In this document: piece after piece, positions 20,537-29,873 of the stretch | Layout of the letters: each line of letters starts with the position of its first letter | How positions within the stretch are numbered: position 1 is the stretch's first letter | Assembly (NCBI GenBank): GCA_963676565.1 | Contig: OY781089.1 | Span: 2,880,001-2,944,000 of the forward strand | Source: Halarcobacter sp. | GTDB taxonomy: Bacteria; Campylobacterota; Campylobacteria; Campylobacterales; Arcobacteraceae | Length of the DNA: 64,000 bases | Direction of reading: 5' to 3' | The notes under the pieces: model-generated | Database searches by the model: none | Seen by the model: the letters and a program-made list of their open reading frames with translations, nothing else | Told to the model about the DNA's origin: nothing | Position numbers and translations under genes: made by a program

Positions 20537-21313
20537 TTAAATATCTTTTAAAAACTTTTTCATCTCTTCTTCACTTTTTGCAATTGCAAAATGTCCTGAA
20601 CTATGAACAAAATCCATATTTTTATTTTGTTTAAATGAATTAGCAACTAATTCAAATGAGCCTAATCTTTTTGAAGGTATTTTGACTTTCCAAGTAGAGT
20701 CTTCTTCATCTTCCCAAACTACTGCTTTTATATTAGGCATAGTTTTTCCATTTATATATGTGGTCCAATGTGGAGTAAATGTTTCAAGTTCTATAATATT
20801 TGGATTTGAATCAAAGTAAAAAGAGTTTTTAACTATTGCTTCTGCTTCTTTTAAATCTTCTTTCATCTCTTTCATAGAAGAAATAACAGTTACTACAAAG
20901 TCAACTGCTTTTTCAAATTGAATATCTTGTTGTTTATCATTTAATCCTCTTGAGTTAAAACATTTTATAAGTGAAGAGAATTCATACTCTTTTGCTTTTT
21001 GAATACCAACATCATGTTTATCAATTGAATCTATAAATTTTGAGATTTTAGGATATTCATTATTTAAACCAATATAATCCCATATAAGTCCTGCTGAGCT
21101 TTTGCCACCTTTATACTGGTGATGATCAAAATATTTTTTACCATCAAATTTTCTTCCAATATCAATTACCATATCATAGTTTGAAAAGTTTGTTGTATTA
21201 TGATCTACTCTATTTACTATTATATTTTCATCTGTAAATACTTTTAAAAGTGCAATTGCAGTTACTTCATCTGCATGCATTGATTTATTGTGGGTTGCTA
21301 TTAATTTACTCAT
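20537..21313 (-). CDS. MYG1-family exonuclease/hydrolase
   Basis: ATHNKSMHADEV, DIG...FDHHQ, SSAGLIW, FVHSSGH. Confidence 0.88.
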   Translation of the reverse strand: MSKLIATHNKSMHADEVTAIALLKVFTDENIIVNRVDHNTTNFSNYDMVIDIGRKFDGKKYFDHHQYKGGKSSAGLIWDYIGLNNEYPKISKFIDSIDKHDVGIQKAKEYEFSSLIKCFNSRGLNDKQQDIQFEKAVDFVVTVISSMKEMKEDLKEAEAIVKNSFYFDSNPNIIELETFTPHWTTYINGKTMPNIKAVVWEDEEDSTWKVKIPSKRLGSFELVANSFKQNKNMDFVHSSGHFAIAKSEEEMKKFLKDI

Positions 21314-21326
21314 ATAATTCCTTCAA

Positions 21327-21599
21327 TTAATTCATAGTAGTAATTATTGAGATAACTACTTTTCCATTTCTTTCAAGTTCAAAGCCTTCTTTCCCGGCAA
21401 GATGAATCCAAGATTTGGAGTTATTTTTAAACTTATATAGCTTGTCACTTTCTTTCATGATTGATTTTAATTCTTCCCATTGATCATTTACAAATCCAAA
21501 AGGAATAGGCTCTGTACCTAATCTATTATCAAATATAAGATTTTCTTTTTCTGCTTGTTCAATTGAATATAGTTTTTTTGAATAGTTTTTATTCTGCAT
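21327..21599 (-). CDS. hypothetical protein
   Basis: 90-aa ORF with AGGAG RBS. Confidence 0.75.
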   Translation of the reverse strand: MQNKNYSKKLYSIEQAEKENLIFDNRLGTEPIPFGFVNDQWEELKSIMKESDKLYKFKNNSKSWIHLAGKEGFELERNGKVVISIITTMN

Positions 21600-21625
21600 T
21601 TAAATCTCCTAAATTATATGAAGAA

Positions 21626-21657
21626 ATTATAATTTAAGAGATAGACATATCATGTCT
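21626..21657 (-). promoter_or_regulatory. box-1 promoter
   Basis: AGACA tgata TGTCT - 11 nt - TATAAT. Confidence 0.75.
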
Positions 21658-21681
21658 TGTTTAGTTTTATTTGTAATATTT

Positions 21682-23109
21682 TTAAAGTTTCTCTATATAC
21701 TCTAATACGGTTTTACAATCTTTCTCATACTCTTCAATATCATAATCTTGGAAATCATCTCTATGCATTTTTTTGTTTCTTATTGAAGCTATCTTTCTTG
21801 TTTTTCTAATAATATATTCTGGTAACAACTCCTCTACAGAAGTTAATTTACTATGAAGACCTCTTCCTTTAGCTCCTAATTTTTCAAATATAGTTTCAAT
21901 CTTTTTTGTATAGTTTATTATCAAGTCAGTATCTAAAGCTTTTTTATTTTTTTCTAAAAACTTTTTTTTATCTTCTTCATATCTATTTTGTAGTTTTGTT
22001 TTGTCTTTTTCATAAACTCTAACCATTGCATCACTTAAAGTAAGAATCTCCCAATCATCTATTGCAAAATAGTCTTTATTGAAATTAGATACAACAGCAA
22101 CTTTTTTAGTAGGGGTTCTCCAGGCTAAATCAAGAACAATTTCTTTTCCTTTATTATTTACTACATATCCTACTTCAGGAAGCTTTATTTTATCATTGCT
22201 TCTTAATATATGAATATATCCATGCAATGCTAAATCTGAATACTTTATTACATCATCCCAAGTTCTGATATTGAGTTTACTTTGCTTTCTTCTTTGAATA
22301 TATATTTCATGTAATTGATCAATTGTTACCATAAGATGTCTATGGTTTGGTTCTTTTCTATGGCAATCTATACAAAGAGCTTTTAAGTTCTCAATCGAAT
22401 TATCTGTCCTTATTCCATTTATATGATGAGTATGCAATAACTTTTTATTATCAACAAAAGATGTATGACATCCTTCACATACATAACTTTTACTACTTCT
22501 ATAGTCTTTACTAACAATATCCCAATCTTTTGTATATTCAGATTTATATACTTTATTTAGTTTTGGAAGATGTCTAAATAGGGTACTATAATTTTCAAAA
22601 AATTCATCAATTTGGAATTCTTTAAAAACTTTCTGCTTATTGTTTTTGTAATTCTTATAGTTTAGTTTATCAAGACAATTTTTACATACTTGAAGATTAG
22701 CTACTCCATCTATATTTTTATTTTGTAACTTACTAAATCCATTAACATTGAATTCACCTGATAGATCGTTAGTTACTATATATCTATCAAACCTTTTTTT
22801 GCTTTTCATTTCTTCTAATGTTTTACAATCAGAAACATGAAACTTCCTTCCTAAAGAAGGGTTATCTAAAACATCATCAATTCTATACCCTTGATCAGGT
22901 ATATATAATAAGACTTGTCTACCTTTATAGCTTAATAGACCATTAAATTCATCAACATCATTAGGCTCAATTTCAATACCAGTAGTACTTAAAAGCTCAT
23001 CAATATCTAAGCCATCAAATGAAGTTTCACCTATATCAAAATCAATTTCTTCAGCACCCATTTTTTCTGCTGACTGAAAAAGTTCTGCAAAATCAATATT
23101 TAATTTCAT
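21682..23109 (-). CDS. zorE: Zorya type II ZorE-like HNH nuclease with C-terminal extension
   Basis: CEGC...LHTHHINGIRTDNSIENLKALCIDCH HNH motif; directly downstream of zorAB. Confidence 0.75.
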   Translation of the reverse strand: MKLNIDFAELFQSAEKMGAEEIDFDIGETSFDGLDIDELLSTTGIEIEPNDVDEFNGLLSYKGRQVLLYIPDQGYRIDDVLDNPSLGRKFHVSDCKTLEEMKSKKRFDRYIVTNDLSGEFNVNGFSKLQNKNIDGVANLQVCKNCLDKLNYKNYKNNKQKVFKEFQIDEFFENYSTLFRHLPKLNKVYKSEYTKDWDIVSKDYRSSKSYVCEGCHTSFVDNKKLLHTHHINGIRTDNSIENLKALCIDCHRKEPNHRHLMVTIDQLHEIYIQRRKQSKLNIRTWDDVIKYSDLALHGYIHILRSNDKIKLPEVGYVVNNKGKEIVLDLAWRTPTKKVAVVSNFNKDYFAIDDWEILTLSDAMVRVYEKDKTKLQNRYEEDKKKFLEKNKKALDTDLIINYTKKIETIFEKLGAKGRGLHSKLTSVEELLPEYIIRKTRKIASIRNKKMHRDDFQDYDIEEYEKDCKTVLEYIEKL

Positions 23110-23805
23110 CTAATTAATTTCCAAAATCTTTTTAATTTCAATGTCAGAGTTTGTAATCACTCTAAAGCTAACTCTTCTTGAAGCACTTTGATTCTCTTCC
23201 CCATTTTTAATCACAATTTTAGAAGAAGAGAAACCTACTGCTGCAATATGTTTTTTAATCCAGTCTTTATTTGATTTAATTTGATCTAATTTATAGACAT
23301 AATTTAAAACAGCTCTTGTTCTATCTTGCGATAATTCCATATTTTTAAAATATGCAAGATCTTCAGTTGCTTGAGAATTCCAATAACTACTTGTATGACC
23401 TTCAATTCTTATTTCATTTATTGAGTCTTTAAATTTTAATATAATTGACAAATATCTTGGAAAAAAATCAGCTAATATTTGCTTATATTTATTCTCTAAG
23501 TTTGATTTTCCATTTGCAAATAATGTATCAGGAGATTTAAAAGTAAAAGTTAAATCTTCTTTATTTAATTCTGCTTCCCATTTTTTTAAATCGTCTTTAA
23601 AAGCTTCATTTAATGCATCGTAAATTGCAACTTGATTTTCCTGATATGCAACTGCAACATCTTTAATTTTATCTCTTTCCACCATTGTATCTCTCATTAA
23701 TGCAATAGAGATAAACAGGAAAACCACCATTAGTCCTGCCATCAAGTCTGATACTGATAACCAGTCGTCTTCTGTCTTATTGTTATTAGATTTATTAAAA
23801 ACCAT
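23110..23805 (-). CDS. zorB: Zorya ZorB (MotB/OmpA-like)
   Basis: WLSVSDLMAGLM TM, IRIEGHTS, NMELSQDRTRAV, SRRVSFR. Confidence 0.9.
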   Translation of the reverse strand: MVFNKSNNNKTEDDWLSVSDLMAGLMVVFLFISIALMRDTMVERDKIKDVAVAYQENQVAIYDALNEAFKDDLKKWEAELNKEDLTFTFKSPDTLFANGKSNLENKYKQILADFFPRYLSIILKFKDSINEIRIEGHTSSYWNSQATEDLAYFKNMELSQDRTRAVLNYVYKLDQIKSNKDWIKKHIAAVGFSSSKIVIKNGEENQSASRRVSFRVITNSDIEIKKILEIN

Positions 23806-23810
23806 ATCTA

Positions 23811-25487
23811 TTACCTATGAGAATTTACAATTTGTTTCATTTCAGCAACAAGTTTTTGGTAGTCTCCTGTAAACTGGTTTGATATTCTTGCTAATGCAGT
23901 ACCCATTGCATTCATCACATTTTCAATCTCTTTTTCTGCAACTTTATCAATCATTTCTACTTGATTTTGAACAGATTCACCTGTTCTATTTAATGTTTGT
24001 TCAATAGTATGACTTAAGCTATCAACAACTTTTTGAACATGTTTCATTTGCTCATTTGCAAGTTCATCCATATTATTTTGTAGATTTGAACTTAGTTCTT
24101 TTAATCCTTTTTGAATATTTGAATTATTGTGAGTAAACTCTTCAAGTAATACTTTTCCTGTATCTTTGAACTCACTACTAATTTCTTTATTATTGCTAAT
24201 CATATCATTAATCATTTGTCTAATATGTTTATTAATATCTAATAATGCAGCTTCTAATTGTTCTTTTATATCTATACTATTTTTTGTTAAAGTATTAGAT
24301 GATTCAACTAAAGCTCCATTTGTTGCAGAAACATTGTGTGCAAATTCATCTGCACTTTGAACAATTGCAGAAGACATTTTCTCTGCTCCTGATGCTACTC
24401 CATCAATTAGCTCGATTGAAGCTTCTTGAATTCCTTTTATTGTTGTATCTATTTGATTTCTTATTTCTGGAACTGCCTCAACTGCTTTATCTTTAATTTC
24501 TTTAAATGCTTCAAGATGTCTATTTAATTCTTCTACTTGGTGTTGGTTTGTAGTGATTATAGTTTCTAATTCACCCATAGATTTTGGAATAGATTCTGTA
24601 TTTGTACTAATAGATTCAACAGATTTCTCCATTTGTCCCATTGTATTAACACTTAAATCAAATTGTGATTTCATTTCTCCTAATTGTACTTTATAATTTT
24701 CTTGCCAATCAACCAATTTATGTACTGCAGTGTTTAACTCTTTGAAATTCTCTCCAAACTGTTCTGTTAGTTTTTCATTAAAATCTTTTATTACTCCATT
24801 TAAAGCTTCTATTACTTGCTCTGTTGCAGACTTTGATAACATATCTGCAAAATCTTGTAATTTGATCCAAAGAGTATCTTGGAACTTTATAAAAGTCTCT
24901 TTTTGTTCATTACTGTTTTCTAATAACTTAGAGAAGTTTTCATTCATTAAAGATAATGTCTCATTAACTCTTTTATTGTTATCTAAAATATCAGACCTTA
25001 ATAATTTAACTTGACCTATCATACTTGATTCACTATTATCATTAAAAGATTTCTGTATAGCAATTAGACTTTCATTTTGTTCCCTCATTATTGCATACAT
25101 ATCTTCAACACCAATATCTTCCTGAATTTCAGTTTCTTTTTTTGAAAGTATATTTGTACTGTAAATAAATTTAAAAAGAATAGATGCTGCAATACCTACA
25201 ATACTTGTAATAAATGCAGTTTTTAATCCTTCTAATAAAAGAGGAATACTTTTGTCTATATCATTTGGATTAAAATCAAATAAACCTATAACAATACCTG
25301 TAAAGGTTCCCAATATTCCTACAGAGGTTAATAAACTTGGAACATAGTTTATAAATTTATGGTTTGAATCTTTTCTGATCCAAAGTAAAGCGAATATAAA
25401 AAGTCCTGCTATAATGTATGTATATATATCAGTAATTGTATCCGTTGATACACTTTTAAGTGATTGTTCTATGATAGATGAGATCAT
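23811..25487 (-). CDS. zorA: Zorya ZorA (MotA/TolQ/ExbB channel with long coiled-coil tail)
   Basis: PSLLTSVGILGTFTGIVIGL...LLEGLKTAFITSIVG plus a ~430-aa helical tail. Confidence 0.9.
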   Translation of the reverse strand: MISSIIEQSLKSVSTDTITDIYTYIIAGLFIFALLWIRKDSNHKFINYVPSLLTSVGILGTFTGIVIGLFDFNPNDIDKSIPLLLEGLKTAFITSIVGIAASILFKFIYSTNILSKKETEIQEDIGVEDMYAIMREQNESLIAIQKSFNDNSESSMIGQVKLLRSDILDNNKRVNETLSLMNENFSKLLENSNEQKETFIKFQDTLWIKLQDFADMLSKSATEQVIEALNGVIKDFNEKLTEQFGENFKELNTAVHKLVDWQENYKVQLGEMKSQFDLSVNTMGQMEKSVESISTNTESIPKSMGELETIITTNQHQVEELNRHLEAFKEIKDKAVEAVPEIRNQIDTTIKGIQEASIELIDGVASGAEKMSSAIVQSADEFAHNVSATNGALVESSNTLTKNSIDIKEQLEAALLDINKHIRQMINDMISNNKEISSEFKDTGKVLLEEFTHNNSNIQKGLKELSSNLQNNMDELANEQMKHVQKVVDSLSHTIEQTLNRTGESVQNQVEMIDKVAEKEIENVMNAMGTALARISNQFTGDYQKLVAEMKQIVNSHR

Positions 25488-25562
25488 ATTATTTGTCCTT
25501 CTAAAAATAATTTGATATTGTATCTAAACTGTATTTATAAATTGTCTTAATCATTATATTTT

Positions 25563-25691
25563 CTAAAGTTCTATTTTATAGTTTTTTCTTGAATAGACTT
25601 TTTTTGATTTGACAATACGAGTTATAGGATTAAATCCCCAAGTGATTCTTTTTTTAAGCTTTTTTGATTTTCTATTATTAGCTTTTCTCAT
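25563..25691 (-). CDS. small basic protein (42 aa), absent from ORF track
   Basis: AGGAG RBS; MRKANNRKSKKLKKRITWGFNPITRIVKSKKVYSRKNYKIEL; own box-1 promoter. Confidence 0.7.
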   Translation of the reverse strand: MRKANNRKSKKLKKRITWGFNPITRIVKSKKVYSRKNYKIEL

Positions 25692-25719
25692 AGTTACACT
25701 CCTAAAGTTTTTGTAAAGA

Positions 25720-25751
25720 AGTATAACTACTAAAAAGGTCACATTTTGTCT
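25720..25751 (-). promoter_or_regulatory. box-1 promoter (small ORF / Zorya)
   Basis: AGACA aaatg TGACC - 11 nt - TATACT. Confidence 0.7.
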
Positions 25752-25753
25752 AA

Positions 25754-27052
25754 TTATAAACTCATATACTTCTTAATATCTCTTTCAATATCTTGCTTTA
25801 AGGAAAGAGGTTTAATTACTTTTACAAATGGGATCCATTTTTTTACTAATTCCTCCATTTCTCTTGTTTGAGTAACATTAAAACTCAACAAGATATTTCC
25901 ATTCTCTTTTTCTTCTAATATTTCTTGTGAAGATAATTGTTTTTTAGATTTAAAGTGAAACGCTTTAGATGAATCAATTTCTAAAACGACTTCAATCATA
26001 TTGTCTTTATAGTTCTTGGTATATCTACTAAATGGAGTCTGAATATCTTTTATAAAATTTTCAATTTCTTCGTCTCTTTTAAAAGGTTTGCCAAGATCTT
26101 TATAATCTAAAATTTTAGAGACTCTATAAAGTGAATACATAAAAGAATTATCAACACCACATGCAACATAGAAGTTATCATTCATAAATATTATCTTATA
26201 CGGTTTTACTTCTATTTTTTTAACTTGATTCTCTCTTTCTTCATAATCTATTAAAATTGATTTTTTATCTTTAATATTTTCTTCTAATAGATTAAATAGT
26301 TCAGAGTCTTTATGTTTTGTCTCAAAAGGCTTACTTTTAAACTCATAAACACTACTTTTTTCTTTTGCTTTTTTCTTTAATAGCCTTTTATCCTCTTCCC
26401 TAATATCTAAACTGTCAAACATATTACTTCTTTGTGCTATGTTGAATGTTTGAACCATTAAAGATAAAGTTTTAGGGTCTAAAAAGTTGTCAAACATTGT
26501 TTTATTAATAGACTTATAATAAGACTTTCCATGTATACCACTTCTTACAAGTTCAAATGCTCTGGGGAAATGAGATTTTATAATATCAAGATCTCGTCTA
26601 ATAGTTTTTTCAGATATTGGAGCACCTTCTCCATTATTTGCACTTTCATTAAACCACAGTTTGTCTAATTCAGATCCATCAAAATCATATGCTTCCTGAG
26701 CATTTTCTTGTAATTTTGAAATTGTAATTATCTTATCTTCATTAAAACGATTAATTAATTCTAAAACTCTTTTTGTCTGTTTTGTTTCTTCTTTTATAGC
26801 TCTATTTTGTTTGTATTTTTGTTTTGGATGATTTGAAGGAAAACTTGGGTTTCTTAAAAGTAAAAGTCCACTATCAACCATATCATCTATTGTTAATTGA
26901 AATGATTCTAAATCTTCATCTATTTCTAAATAGTCTAATATCTCCTGTGTACTTTTTAGTTTTGTGCAGAACTCAATAATTTTGTCTTCTTGTTCATTTG
27001 TCTCTTCAAAATCTATGTTTTTAAAATCATCAATACTATAGTTGTGTTTCAT
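25754..27052 (-). CDS. WYL-domain transcriptional regulator (WYL-1) with extra N-terminal domain
   Basis: HTH ISEKTIRRDLDII, WYL core VKPYKIIFMNDNFYVAC...YRVSKI, WCX tail WIPFVKVIKPLSL. Start 27052 (GAGGA RBS) or 27073. Confidence 0.88.
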   Translation of the reverse strand: MKHNYSIDDFKNIDFEETNEQEDKIIEFCTKLKSTQEILDYLEIDEDLESFQLTIDDMVDSGLLLLRNPSFPSNHPKQKYKQNRAIKEETKQTKRVLELINRFNEDKIITISKLQENAQEAYDFDGSELDKLWFNESANNGEGAPISEKTIRRDLDIIKSHFPRAFELVRSGIHGKSYYKSINKTMFDNFLDPKTLSLMVQTFNIAQRSNMFDSLDIREEDKRLLKKKAKEKSSVYEFKSKPFETKHKDSELFNLLEENIKDKKSILIDYEERENQVKKIEVKPYKIIFMNDNFYVACGVDNSFMYSLYRVSKILDYKDLGKPFKRDEEIENFIKDIQTPFSRYTKNYKDNMIEVVLEIDSSKAFHFKSKKQLSSQEILEEKENGNILLSFNVTQTREMEELVKKWIPFVKVIKPLSLKQDIERDIKKYMSL

Positions 27053-27085
27053 TATTATTCCTCGAATACCCATTTTTTAGTTTCG

Positions 27086-27522
27086 TTACAAAACTTTTTC
27101 TTTCTCTTTAACTTTTGATTAATTTCATCAATTGATTTAGGTTCTTCATAAGATAAAGGTCTATTTATTTTTCTGTATCCATTTATATCTATCGTAACAA
27201 TTAAATTAAATTCAGATCTATTTATTAAAAATTTTCTTTCAACATTTGGAATTTGATTATAGTCTAAAATACCCCAGGTTGAATCAGTCCATTCACTTAT
27301 ATCACTTCCTTTACCAATTATAATAGCACATTGATTTGTAACTATCCATCTTTCATGCCACTTATCATCTTTTTTATCTTCCCAAACTCATATTTTAAAT
27401 CAATAAAATCTTTTTTTAAGCTTTCAGAAATATTTTCTTCTTTTAAAATTTGATATTTTTTATTGATTTTAAATATTCTAAAAAGACAAAGTATGATTCA
27501 ATCTTTTCCAAACTAACTTCAT
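27086..27522 (-). pseudogene. frameshifted gene remnant upstream of WYL-1
   Basis: ATG at 27522 reads MKLVWKRL...; after a frameshift VWEDKKDDKWHERWIVTNQCAIIIGKG... to TAA at 27086. Confidence 0.5.
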
Positions 27523-27530
27523 TTATAAGA

Positions 27531-27562
27531 ATTCTATCAGTGTTTTTATACATATAATGTCT
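27531..27562 (-). promoter_or_regulatory. box-1 promoter (WYL-1 operon)
   Basis: AGACA ttata TGTAT - 11 nt - TAGAAT. Confidence 0.65.
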
Positions 27563-29873
27563 ATTTAATTTCATTAATCTCAAATATACTCCATTTATCA
27601 TTTTGTTTTATTGCTCTTGCTTTTACATATACATCAGAAGTTATATTCTCTTTAATTAGCATGAATTTTGGGATGTAATAATCTTTAACAAAAGCAAAAT
27701 CTGGTTTAAAGATATTAATATCTAATTGTCCTGCAATAATATCATCATATGAATATGTAATAGCTCCATCTTTATATTTTAATGAAAGTTCTCCTTCAAT
27801 ATTTTTAATAAAGGACGAGGGAACTTGTTCAGTTTTTGATATGTCAAGAATATTAGTCTTGTATTTGTTTTGTTTTTTATTAAAAGTTTTAAAATACTTT
27901 ATTTTTATAAAATCTCCAACATTAACCTTTAAAGATGTCTGATTAAATTTTACAATTCCATCCTCAGTAGAATTATTAATTATATAATGAAACAACTGTT
28001 TTTTATCATTTATATGGTCTACTATAGCTATATTACTTAATGCATTTTTTAATAATTCATCCTTATTTAATTTTGATTCAATAATTTTCACTACATTGTA
28101 TTTCTTATTATTTCTATCATAATGTAGTTTCAAATGGTAGATATCATTAACTTTTGCATTTTTAAGTATATTAAATTTAAAAGGATTTATAGCTAATTCA
28201 ATATCATTATAGTTACTAAAAGCCATTCTTGATTTATTATCTTTTGTCTTCCAAATATCGTATATAATTAAATCTTCACCATCTAAGTTTTGATAAATAT
28301 AATCTTCTGCTATCAATATATTCTCTTTGTAGAATTCAATATTATTTTTAGTTGGTGTAATATCTTGAACAGAACTATTAAGTTGATGAAAATACTCAGA
28401 AATTTTCCATTCATTTTGATTTCGTTGTTTTTCATATTTTAAAAGCTCTGTTTTTGCTTCAGGAAATTTACCTTCATTAATCAATAAACTTGCAAGATCT
28501 AAATGAATCTGGCCAAGGAAGTCTTCATTTTTTTGAATAGTACAAGCTTTACATAACATTGAAATTGAAAGTTTAATATCCAACTCTTTAATTAGAGATG
28601 CAAATTCATGCCAAATATAGGCTTGATCATTTAAATCTAATATAAGTTCCTTATAAATATCTATAGCAGCTTCTATTTTGCAACTTTTATTTAACCAAAT
28701 AGCATAGTTTCTCAATATCCATATGTCTTTATTTGTTTTTTCTAATGCTATTTGATACAATCCATCGAGCCAAAATAGCTTATTAGTATCTATATCCTTA
28801 TTTTTTATAATTTCACTTATTGATGATAAGGTTTTTATTGCTAAAGGTTTATATGTTTTTTCTTCAACATACTCTTCTTCCCAATCGAGATCTCTGAAGT
28901 TATTATAATTCCAATAATAAAAAAAGTCAAAAAGCCTCCAACTATTTTCTTCAACCATGACCCTATTAGCTAATTTTAATATTTCAGAATGCCAATGTGA
29001 AGCACCGAATTCTGAATAAGTAAAAACATAAATCTTAAATTGTTCCCATAGCTCATTAAAATTTCCATTTTTTTGAATATTTATTAATTTCCAAAAAAAT
29101 GATTCACGTAAAATTTCTATAATAATATGTGACTCAATGTTATTATTTAAAAGATGGTTTAATTCAATTTTATACCCATTATCAATAAAAGATCTTAAGA
29201 GTTTTTTTAATAAAGATGGATACTTTTTACCATCATTATATTGTTCTTCTTTATCTTCTTCTCTTAAGTTTTTTACTCCCCAGTTTATATAGAATTTATA
29301 TAAATTAATTGAATGTTTTTGTGAACAAAAGATAGCTAACTGTAAAATTATAGAATGTAATAAACTTGGCTTTGAATTATTTAACTGTAGATATTCTACA
29401 AATAGTGATTTTACCTGACTACTATTTAAACTATCATGTTTATTTTTCAAATATCTATAAATTATCCAGCCATATGATTCATGATTATCTATTGATAATT
29501 GACCATTTCGATACAGTTCTCTTATTATATTTAGTGCATCATGATGATTGCCATTTTTACTGATGTTTTCAGCGTGACTTAATTCTTGATAGTTTTGTTG
29601 TAGTTTAGCTTGTAGAAAACTTATTTGTTTTTCAATTATTTCATCCGAATAAATAAATTGAATAGAATTAAGTTGATTAAAAAAAGCTCTTGCTTTATTT
29701 AAGTCATTATTAATTTCAATTTTAATTATGTCTATAAGTACCCAAGCATATGCTTTCTGTATCCAGTTATCTTTATTATCATTTTGATATAAATACAATG
29801 CAATTCTATATGCATCTCCAAGCTGTTTATTTTTTCTTAACTCAAAAACTTTTTGAGTGCTATACTCTTCCAC
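27561..29873 (-). CDS. TPR-repeat protein with C-terminal OB/S1-like folds (TOTE-like)
   Basis: Helical repeats (AYAWVL, YGWIIYRYL, PSLLHS, YIWHEFA) and beta-rich C-terminus (AIVDHIN, DFAFVKDYYIP). Confidence 0.7.
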   Translation of the reverse strand: MEEYSTQKVFELRKNKQLGDAYRIALYLYQNDNKDNWIQKAYAWVLIDIIKIEINNDLNKARAFFNQLNSIQFIYSDEIIEKQISFLQAKLQQNYQELSHAENISKNGNHHDALNIIRELYRNGQLSIDNHESYGWIIYRYLKNKHDSLNSSQVKSLFVEYLQLNNSKPSLLHSIILQLAIFCSQKHSINLYKFYINWGVKNLREEDKEEQYNDGKKYPSLLKKLLRSFIDNGYKIELNHLLNNNIESHIIIEILRESFFWKLINIQKNGNFNELWEQFKIYVFTYSEFGASHWHSEILKLANRVMVEENSWRLFDFFYYWNYNNFRDLDWEEEYVEEKTYKPLAIKTLSSISEIIKNKDIDTNKLFWLDGLYQIALEKTNKDIWILRNYAIWLNKSCKIEAAIDIYKELILDLNDQAYIWHEFASLIKELDIKLSISMLCKACTIQKNEDFLGQIHLDLASLLINEGKFPEAKTELLKYEKQRNQNEWKISEYFHQLNSSVQDITPTKNNIEFYKENILIAEDYIYQNLDGEDLIIYDIWKTKDNKSRMAFSNYNDIELAINPFKFNILKNAKVNDIYHLKLHYDRNNKKYNVVKIIESKLNKDELLKNALSNIAIVDHINDKKQLFHYIINNSTEDGIVKFNQTSLKVNVGDFIKIKYFKTFNKKQNKYKTNILDISKTEQVPSSFIKNIEGELSLKYKDGAITYSYDDIIAGQLDINIFKPDFAFVKDYYIPKFMLIKENITSDVYVKARAIKQNDKWSIFEINEIK

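Noticed and set aside
25517..25548. AGACA half-site upstream of the zorA TACAAT
   Set aside because: Only a half-site, and spacing is 20 rather than 21 nt; not counted.
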